From Mesorhizobium sp. (GTDB lineage Bacteria; Pseudomonadota; Alphaproteobacteria; Rhizobiales; Rhizobiaceae), in assembly GCA_023954305.1 (NCBI GenBank), contig JAMLIG010000001.1, positions 76,613 through 140,612 on the forward strand: a DNA stretch of 64,000 bases. The letters are read 5' to 3'. The stretch's first letter is position 1. Each line of letters starts with the position of its first letter. Made by a program: the position numbers and the translations under genes. Below the pieces are notes generated by a model that was not told where the DNA came from, ran no database searches, and saw only the letters and a list, made by a program, of their open reading frames with translations. Shown here piece after piece: positions 41,336-48,201 of this stretch.

Positions 41336-42100
41336 TCAGCGTCTCCGAAAGAACTTGGCGAGGATTGAAGCGAGAATTGCCCAGAAACCACGCTTGGGCG
41401 GCGTAACCGAATTCGGTTTGGCGTTACCCGAATTCGGTTTAGGATCAGGCTGAGAGGTTGACACGGGAGGCGTTCCGTGCGTCCCGCTCGGCTTTGGCTT
41501 CGGCGCCTGTCCGATATAGCCGGCCGCGCGAAGGGCGTTTTCGAACGCCACGGCATAGCCAGCGATCTGCTTCGCCTTGTCGGTACCGTTCACAATCCGG
41601 CGCGCGTTCACATAGTCCTTGCGCCCTTCGCTGATGTAGTCTGACAGCTTCTTGCCGGTCCAAAGCCCTTCCTGGTGCCCGACGATCGTCACCACGGCAT
41701 CTATGGCCGGATCGAGCAGCAGATCGGGGTTCTTGACGAAATCGTGCCCGAACCGCTTGGACAGCGTTTCCATGTTTCGCAGCCAGGTATTCTGAATCCG
41801 GCCTCGCCCGTAATAGACATGGTTGTAAGGGCCCGCCGTCTTGCCGTAGGCGCGCTTTGCCACAACCTTTCTGGCGCCGATGTCCGTCTTGGCAAAGCCT
41901 TCGCGAACTGGCACCATCATGCCGCCCGTCTCGTGATAGACGCCGCTGAGGATGTAGGCGAGATGCAGAAGGCTGACGCCCCGCGACTGCGCCACGTCGA
42001 GCAATTCTTCAATGCCCGTCACCTGCGATTGAGAGAGCGACGTGCCAAACACCCCTGACCCCCGCGCGCGAAGGCCCGCATAGAACTTTGCGCGATCCAT
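41336..42100 (-). CDS. glycoside hydrolase family 19 endolysin with Pro-rich linker and C-terminal hydrophobic cationic helix
   Basis: 254 aa from MDRAKFYAGL. YHETGG and YYGRGRIQNTW match GH19 signatures. Tail ..PKPKPSG..PPKRGFWAILASILAKFFRRR. Confidence 0.8.
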   Translation of the reverse strand: MDRAKFYAGLRARGSGVFGTSLSQSQVTGIEELLDVAQSRGVSLLHLAYILSGVYHETGGMMVPVREGFAKTDIGARKVVAKRAYGKTAGPYNHVYYGRGRIQNTWLRNMETLSKRFGHDFVKNPDLLLDPAIDAVVTIVGHQEGLWTGKKLSDYISEGRKDYVNARRIVNGTDKAKQIAGYAVAFENALRAAGYIGQAPKPKPSGTHGTPPVSTSQPDPKPNSGNAKPNSVTPPKRGFWAILASILAKFFRRR

Positions 42101-42165
42101 GTTCGATTCCTTGTGTTGAAGTGAAGCGAAAGCCGGTCTAGGCTTGCCGCAACGGAGAGGGTGAT

Positions 42166-42336
42166 ATGGACGAACTCGCGCGCGACAGAGCCAGGTGGAA
42201 GGGCGGGATCGTCCTGTCGTGGAAAGATGTCGGCCTTGCCACACTCGGCATTCTCAGCCTCGTGGCGCTCGTGCTTATGGCGATGCTGATGCTGAAACTC
42301 GGACAGCATCTCCCGCCACTCCCGCCCGCCTACTAG
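42166..42336 (+). CDS. unlisted 56-aa single-pass membrane protein
   Basis: ATG 42166 five nt after GGAGAGGG. Translates to MDELARDRARWKGGIVLSWKDVGLATLGILSLVALVLMAMLMLKLGQHLPPLPPAY. Its stop overlaps the tailspike A stop in CTAG. Confidence 0.5.
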   Translation: MDELARDRARWKGGIVLSWKDVGLATLGILSLVALVLMAMLMLKLGQHLPPLPPAY

Positions 42337-44501
42337 ACAGTCTCGTATTCGCCTGCGATCTGGATATTTTGGCCGCTGACGCATGGGGCACCACCCGCCG
42401 CGCTGTATACGGTGACGTAACCCGTGCCGTTTTGCACCCAGCCGTAGATCGGGACGCCGGTCGTAAGGTTTTCACCAGTCCAGTAGGCAAAATACCGGCT
42501 GTCTGAGGATGCATTCGCGGGAAGGGTGAAGCGGAACCGTCCAACCAGAGTTCCGATATCTGTCATGACCGCGCGAATGGACACGTGGCGCGTCTTGTCC
42601 GGCCCCTTAATCCAGTTCCCTGTGATTGTCGCTGTTGTTGCCGCCCCACCGATCGCATCCGTCACGGTCGGCGTATAATCTACATCTCCCTCACTGTAGT
42701 AGGTCAGCCCGTCGTCTATCGCTTTCTGGAAGCCCTTGAACGACGCCATGCTTGAGGCCTGGATGCCGGCGCGGTTCGGGTAGAGGATGTCCCCCATAAT
42801 GGAGAGCTGAGAAGGGTTGGCACATAGGGGAAGCGTCGAAAGGATCTGATGGGACGCAATCGCAATGTCGGCCCCCTCCAGCGCAAGAGAGCCTGTCGCT
42901 CCATCGAACGAAAATAGACCAAGCCGCGCTTGCGTTCCGCCGCCGATGAACTTGACATCGCGCATTTTCCGCGCGCCGCCTGCCAGTTTGAACTTGTAAT
43001 GCGAGCCAGGGCAGGCGCCCTCGATCATGAAATCAAAGGTGTTGTTCTCCTGCACAAACCCGTCCGAGAAATCGATCTCAATGGCGCTTGAAGCGTAGGA
43101 CGCGAGGTAGCAATTAGTGAACCGGTGTTGATTGCCCCGCCCGAACAGGATTGGCGCCTGCGTCATGGAGCGGATCACACGTCCGGTGATACCGGACCCG
43201 CTGCCTGTGAATGCCGTGCTATCGATGTTCACCTCAAACGATGTCGCCGTCGCGTTCGATATGGTCGCAGCTTGGCTGTTAAACTCTGTCAGGCTGGAAA
43301 ACTGATGGAAGACCACAGCATTCCCGTTTGAGAACGGATGCGACGTGACATGGATCACGGTCGGGTTTCCCTTGTCGACCTGCGTTATGAACGCGATGTT
43401 GGAGGATGGCAGGAAACGCCAATCGCAATTGACATAGGAATTGTTCCCGAAGGAAACGCTCCCGGTCTTGACCGTTTGGAAATCAGAAGTCGGCGGGGAG
43501 GCAACATAGCCGGTATAGATGCCGACGCGGCCCTGATAGTTCTGGTTGTAGTATCGGCAGTGAATGCGCCGAGTAGACTCCTGCCCGTAGCAATAATCAG
43601 CCGCTATCGAATAATGCCCGACCACCGACACATTGTCGAAACAGTTGTTATCACATGCCTGCGCGCCAAGATTGTGCCGCGCGGAATAGATGCCGATCGA
43701 CGGCATGTTGGTTTCATCGCCATAGATCAGCAGGTTTGAAATCGTGTAACCACGCGAGCCGACGAGATCGAGAACAGCCTTCCCGGTGCATGTTCCTACC
43801 AGCACGCCGTTCGTGATGACGAGGTTCCATGACGTGATGTTGGTGGCGTTGATCGGACTTTCGACCTTGTAGATACCCCCCGACAGATCGATGACATATC
43901 GGCCATAGGAACGACCCGTTGCTGCGATCTCGGTTCGAAGATAGTCGATCACGGCATTGATTGCCGCAGCCGAACCCGTGACGCCAGTCGGGTCGCCGCC
44001 CGCCATATCGGGGGACAGGCGCTTTTCATTGATGATGAACTTGCGGCCCGAGGCGTCCGTCAGCCGCAGAAGCGCAGGCGTGGCGGCATAGTCCGCATCC
44101 GAGGCGGCGCGGTAGTTGGCGCGCCCGACAGAGGGGTTGACCGTCGCGTCATAGGCCGACACGAGAATGTTGTCGGCATTGGCCGGAACGCGGATTCGCC
44201 CCACCGCAGCCTTGTCGCGATAGGACAGCGTATCCGAGCCGAACCGGGCCGAATTGACCAGCGTGGCATTGCCGTCCGCATCGATCGTATCGACAGTCAG
44301 GATATAGGGCTCTTCCGTGCCGCTCGCGGGCGAAACGAAGATCAGGTCATAGGCGCGCAGCCCATACTTTTCTGCGTTCGGCAGATAGTCGGCCGCGATA
44401 AGATCGTCTTCGCTTTCGTCGGTCTGGTAGTTGAACCAACGCAGGCCAACGCCGCCAATAGGCTCGACAACCAGGCTCAGCCGCTCAGGATTGAACGCCA
44501 T
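42333..44501 (-). CDS. tailspike/tail fibre A (right-handed beta-helix-like, probable polysaccharide depolymerase)
   Basis: 722 aa. N-terminal module shared with tailspike B. Central repeats rich in N/G/V/I with periodic Cys/aromatic residues (NCFDNVSVVGHYSIAADY..). GAGGAAG SD. Confidence 0.65.
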   Translation of the reverse strand: MAFNPERLSLVVEPIGGVGLRWFNYQTDESEDDLIAADYLPNAEKYGLRAYDLIFVSPASGTEEPYILTVDTIDADGNATLVNSARFGSDTLSYRDKAAVGRIRVPANADNILVSAYDATVNPSVGRANYRAASDADYAATPALLRLTDASGRKFIINEKRLSPDMAGGDPTGVTGSAAAINAVIDYLRTEIAATGRSYGRYVIDLSGGIYKVESPINATNITSWNLVITNGVLVGTCTGKAVLDLVGSRGYTISNLLIYGDETNMPSIGIYSARHNLGAQACDNNCFDNVSVVGHYSIAADYCYGQESTRRIHCRYYNQNYQGRVGIYTGYVASPPTSDFQTVKTGSVSFGNNSYVNCDWRFLPSSNIAFITQVDKGNPTVIHVTSHPFSNGNAVVFHQFSSLTEFNSQAATISNATATSFEVNIDSTAFTGSGSGITGRVIRSMTQAPILFGRGNQHRFTNCYLASYASSAIEIDFSDGFVQENNTFDFMIEGACPGSHYKFKLAGGARKMRDVKFIGGGTQARLGLFSFDGATGSLALEGADIAIASHQILSTLPLCANPSQLSIMGDILYPNRAGIQASSMASFKGFQKAIDDGLTYYSEGDVDYTPTVTDAIGGAATTATITGNWIKGPDKTRHVSIRAVMTDIGTLVGRFRFTLPANASSDSRYFAYWTGENLTTGVPIYGWVQNGTGYVTVYSAAGGAPCVSGQNIQIAGEYETV

Positions 44502-44529
44502 GTGGTCTTCCTCGTAATGATGGGGATCG

Positions 44530-45063
44530 CTACGCCGTGCGGCGCACTAGTTGCGCGGCAAGGAAACCAAGCCGCTCTTGTTCAAGCTGTTCGTCGCGGG
44601 CCTTTTTGGCTCTCGCCACTGACCCGTCAGGATCGAGTTCTGACAGGCGCCGCCGTTCGAGTTCGGCCAGCAGTTCAGACCGCTGGCGCTGCCTCTGTTC
44701 GGCTTCCATGGCCTCGCGGGCCTGCCGTTCGGCTGCCTCCTGAAGGGCAAGGCGACGTGCCGCGTCTTCCGCCGCCCTTACCGCTACGAGGTGCGCCGCA
44801 CGCCATTCCCTGCCCCGTGCCGTGTCTCTGGCGTGCATTGACGCGCGAAGGGCTTGCGTCGCTCTCTCTGCTTCAAGCCGTTCGCGCGCTAGCCTCTCGG
44901 CTTCGATTTGAGCCGCCCTCTTTCTCTCGTCTTCCGCTTCCTGCCGTTCGCGTTCCCGTTGTTCTTCAACGGCCCGTCTCGCCTGCTCTGCCGCGATTTC
45001 GGCGGAACGCATCCGGGAAAGTGAATACCCGACCGCCCGCGTGAGCGATTGAAGCGAGATCAT
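44530..45063 (-). CDS. E/R/A-rich coiled-coil protein paired with tailspike A
   Basis: 177 aa. Termini MISLQS..RA and ..RLGFLAAQLVRRTA are homologous to the 60-aa protein at 47540-47722. Confidence 0.55.
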   Translation of the reverse strand: MISLQSLTRAVGYSLSRMRSAEIAAEQARRAVEEQRERERQEAEDERKRAAQIEAERLARERLEAERATQALRASMHARDTARGREWRAAHLVAVRAAEDAARRLALQEAAERQAREAMEAEQRQRQRSELLAELERRRLSELDPDGSVARAKKARDEQLEQERLGFLAAQLVRRTA

Positions 45064-45355
45064 TGACCTAGTCGCGTTCGATCAACATCAAGTCGGCAGC
45101 ACCCGCGTCGACATCCGCACCGGAACCAAACGAGTTGATGCTCAGCGCGACTGTCAACGTGTTGCTCGCCCCTACCGCCGTGACTTCCATCGTTCCCATG
45201 AAGGCGAACGTCGCTACGCCCGTGGCCGGGACGTAGGGAGACGTGCGAGAACGCCGCGCCGCAGCGGAGAGCAAAATGTCTGAGATGTATCGAAACTACG
45301 GAATTGAGTTGATGAACGACACGCCGTGCGGTCGTGATCGCGTTGCCGTTGCACC

Positions 45356-45574
45356 GTGAACTACTCGCCGGCCGACTTCGAGCGCATGAAGACCGACCCC
45401 GTGCTGCGACGCCAGTATTTCTGGAAGGTTGGCAACGCGGCCCTCGTTCGCAGCCACGACGCGCAAAACCCTGACTCGCGTCGTGACCGCGAACTTGCTG
45501 ACTATGTGCTCGCAAACCTTGATCGCCTTGTCGCCAGCGGCAAGACAATGGATGCCCTAGACGACTTCGACTAG
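45356..45574 (+). CDS. small hypothetical protein (72 aa), opposite strand
   Basis: GTG start overlapping the TGA of a 27-codon ORF (45276-45359) that has a GGAGAG SD. Its stop overlaps the tailspike B stop in CTAG. Confidence 0.35.
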   Translation: MNYSPADFERMKTDPVLRRQYFWKVGNAALVRSHDAQNPDSRRDRELADYVLANLDRLVASGKTMDALDDFD

Positions 45575-47523
45575 CTCACCGGACGGCATTCGAACCTGGT
45601 ATTCGCGGACGCAACGGAGAGCGTCGAACCGGAGTTCTGCGTCACCACAACCTCGTAATAATCGCCCGCAGTGTGCGTCACCCGGATGGGCGCCACGTTG
45701 ACACTGGTAGCGGTGCCATTGGCCGGGGCGCACGACGAGCGTGCGACAACGGTCGATCCGTTCCTGCGAATGGTCACAAGACGATATCCAGTGGAATTGC
45801 TGGCAAACTCGATAGCGGCGGAAAGTTCGACCGACTTCACCCATGCGGGCGGCGTGATCCGCGTCGGGGAGCCGGAAGCAAATCCGCCCATCTCATTGTA
45901 ATTCGTCACCGTCGCCCACGTAATTGCGGTCGCCGTGGCAGTGTCGATATCGTTCGTAGTCCCGCTCGCGTTCAGGGTCGTTGTCGAATAGCTCTCGGCT
46001 TTCCAGTGGAGAAGCTTGTTATCGGACCCGGATGAATTATTGACCAGTTCGTCTGCGTAGGACGCGGCGACGAGTGTCAACTGCCGATTGTTCGATACCG
46101 ACACGTTGCGCGACGTGCCTTCAAGCTGGACGTGATGCCACCGACCGGTCAGGTAGTTATCGCGGACGATCATGCCGTCAACATCAGTGGCATGAACGAA
46201 CCAGTTCTCCACCGAACCGCCGAGATAGGCCGAATTGCCCGTGATGACGTGGCCGGTGCCGCCGATGATCTCAAGGTCCTTGTAACCAGCTACGGTGCCA
46301 AGCCTGTAGAACAAGCACCCCTGAATGACGATGGAGTTGCGCTCGGTCGACTTGACGGCGCGCTCCCGAACGTTGGTGTGGCACCCGATCAGAACCGCTT
46401 GAGGATCGTTGCCGGTCGCCGCCTCGAATTCGAATCCGATGTCGCACGCCACGGCGTTGGTGAAGACAGCCCTGAATCCTTCGCATTCGGTGCCGGCATA
46501 GAAGCCCGTCGTAACGTTCGTGGCGTAACTGCTCAGAGCGTCGAAATTGATCGAATACCCAGCAAGCTCAAGCCCGATAGGGCACGACGTGTAATTGTTG
46601 TTCTCGGCGCCGTTGAATACGCACTTATTGGCCTGACCATGCCACGCATTCTCCAGCCGCACGCCGTTGGTGAAGCGGTAGCTTGAATCATTCAGGACGC
46701 GCGGCTCAAACCGGCTCCGGTCAAGAATGACGGTATGCGTGCGCCATGACGACGGGACGGGGAAGATGATCTCCAAAGGCCGCCCAGCCGTGGCAGTGTT
46801 TGCGAATACGTGCGCGCTCCAATAGATGGTGTGCTCTACGGCAGTCGTCGTTATCTTGATCCCGCCCGTCGCGTTGTTCACGAGGAACGACCCGCCAATA
46901 ATGTTGAAGCCCTTCGATGTGGAGCCGATGACAACTTGGCTGGACAGCAGGCAATTCTCGGGGAAGATGATGCTTCCACCGTTTGCCGCCATGTATGTGA
47001 GCGCCGACAGGACAGCCGCGCTGTCGTCGGTCACGCCGTCGCCAGTGACGTTGAACCTCCGCCTTGCGTCAATGATCGGACCCGCAAGGATGTATGCCTT
47101 GGTGCTTTGCTGCGAGGGAGCCAGAACGGCACTATCAGACGCAAAGTCGTCCTCATCCAGAATGCGAGAGTCTATGGCCTGCTTCGTCCGAAGCGGGTTC
47201 ATCGTCCTCGTTTCGTTGACGCCCGCAATCGCCTCTGCCTGGGTCGCGTATGGGCCGAGTTCAAGACTGTCGCCGAAAACCAGTGTGGCGTTGTCCGATG
47301 CGTCGATCTCGCTGACGACCATGATGTAAGGATCAGCGCCGCCGGACTTCTGCGACACGAACACCAGATCGTCGGCACGGACGCCATAGCGGGTGGCGTT
47401 CGGGATGTAGTCCGCCGCTTCAAGCGTGGCCTGACTGTCGTCAGTGCGGTAGCTGAACATCCGCAGGCCGACGCCAGCAATCGGCTGAACGATCAGCGAC
47501 AGGTCTTGTGCGATAAATGCCAT
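45571..47523 (-). CDS. tailspike/tail fibre B (pectate-lyase-3-like beta-helix depolymerase)
   Basis: 650 aa. Conserved N-terminal module, then FNVTGDGVTDDSAAVLSALTYMAANGGSIIFP (Pectate_lyase_3-type motif) and beta-helix repeats. Confidence 0.7.
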   Translation of the reverse strand: MAFIAQDLSLIVQPIAGVGLRMFSYRTDDSQATLEAADYIPNATRYGVRADDLVFVSQKSGGADPYIMVVSEIDASDNATLVFGDSLELGPYATQAEAIAGVNETRTMNPLRTKQAIDSRILDEDDFASDSAVLAPSQQSTKAYILAGPIIDARRRFNVTGDGVTDDSAAVLSALTYMAANGGSIIFPENCLLSSQVVIGSTSKGFNIIGGSFLVNNATGGIKITTTAVEHTIYWSAHVFANTATAGRPLEIIFPVPSSWRTHTVILDRSRFEPRVLNDSSYRFTNGVRLENAWHGQANKCVFNGAENNNYTSCPIGLELAGYSINFDALSSYATNVTTGFYAGTECEGFRAVFTNAVACDIGFEFEAATGNDPQAVLIGCHTNVRERAVKSTERNSIVIQGCLFYRLGTVAGYKDLEIIGGTGHVITGNSAYLGGSVENWFVHATDVDGMIVRDNYLTGRWHHVQLEGTSRNVSVSNNRQLTLVAASYADELVNNSSGSDNKLLHWKAESYSTTTLNASGTTNDIDTATATAITWATVTNYNEMGGFASGSPTRITPPAWVKSVELSAAIEFASNSTGYRLVTIRRNGSTVVARSSCAPANGTATSVNVAPIRVTHTAGDYYEVVVTQNSGSTLSVASANTRFECRPVS

Positions 47524-47539
47524 GAAGCCCTCTTCCGGG

Positions 47540-47722
47540 TTATCGAGTGCGGCGGATGAGTTGCTGGGTCAGGAAGTCGAGGCGATCGTCTTCCATCTGC
47601 TGGTCACGGGCGCGTCTTGCTTCGGCGAGGCGTTCCTGTTCGGCGCCTTCGGTCTGCAATCTGCGGTCTTTGTTGCGGTATGCGGTGTCGAGCGCGCGCG
47701 CGATCGAGCGGAGCGAAATCAT
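47540..47722 (-). CDS. short coiled-coil protein paired with tailspike B
   Basis: 60 aa from ATG 47722 (MISLRSIARAL...RLDFLTQQLIRRTR). Paralogue of 44530-45063. Confidence 0.5.
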   Translation of the reverse strand: MISLRSIARALDTAYRNKDRRLQTEGAEQERLAEARRARDQQMEDDRLDFLTQQLIRRTR

Positions 47723-47767
47723 CGCGCCCCCCTTGCGGAGTCGTGAAAAGTAGGAAACGATTTCTGC

Positions 47768-47965
47768 ATGACCCCTCGCCATGCAGTTTCAGCCCTGATC
47801 GGGGCGACCGTTTTCGTGATTGCCGGATATCTGGTTTACGCCGCGCCGGGTGGCGGGGTGAACTTCGGTTACTGGATCAACAACCCGTTCCGCTTCTACG
47901 TCTGGGCATGGGCACTGATCGGCGCTGCAGTCGGCGCCGGGACAGTGATCGCAGCCCGCAGGTGA
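47768..47965 (+). CDS. 2-TM small membrane protein, opposite strand to structural genes
   Basis: 65 aa. TM segments AVSALIGATVFVIAGYLVYAA and FYVWAWALIGAAVGAGTVIAA. Confidence 0.5.
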   Translation: MTPRHAVSALIGATVFVIAGYLVYAAPGGGVNFGYWINNPFRFYVWAWALIGAAVGAGTVIAARR

Positions 47966-48201
47966 AGGAATGGCTGACGTTCCTTGCCGTCGTGTTCGGC
48001 TGGGCGCTCGTCGGGCGCCTTGTCCTCGAATTGCAGATCGCGCAGCCCTGGGCCGTTGCGATCGTCTGGTTGATCGGCCTGATATGGTTGATCGGTTGGG
48101 CTGCAGGATCAGTCCGTGAGGCTGACTATCTCCTGAAACTCATGGTTGGTATGTTCGGCGTCTTGGCTTTGATCGCCGGAATTGCAATTGCGCTCAATTG
48201 A
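47962..48201 (+). CDS. 3-TM small membrane protein, opposite strand
   Basis: 79 aa from GTG 47962, overlapping the previous stop (GTGA). W/L/I/G-rich helices. The 3' end overlaps the convergent ejection-protein gene. Confidence 0.45.
   Translation: MKEWLTFLAVVFGWALVGRLVLELQIAQPWAVAIVWLIGLIWLIGWAAGSVREADYLLKLMVGMFGVLALIAGIAIALN

Noticed and set aside
42019-42384. 121-aa minus-strand ORF spanning the gap between tailspike A and the endolysin.
   Set aside because: It is a His/Arg-rich implausible sequence that overlaps the endolysin start by about 80 nt. The plus-strand 56-aa TM ORF with a strong SD explains the gap better.
45068-45274. 68-aa (TTG) or 43-aa (ATG 45199) minus-strand ORF ending 4 nt before the cassette A coiled-coil gene.
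   Set aside because: It has no SD for either start and was not reported as a feature. The tight spacing to the next gene keeps it as a weak possibility, noted in the finding on 45064-45575.
45064-45800. Possible diversity-generating retroelement (template repeat downstream of the tailspike B 3' end), considered because one small gene resembles a BPP-1-type phage protein.
   Set aside because: By-eye comparison of the last ~200 nt of tailspike B with the downstream 500 nt shows no VR/TR-like repeat. No reverse transcriptase or Avd-like gene is in the window.
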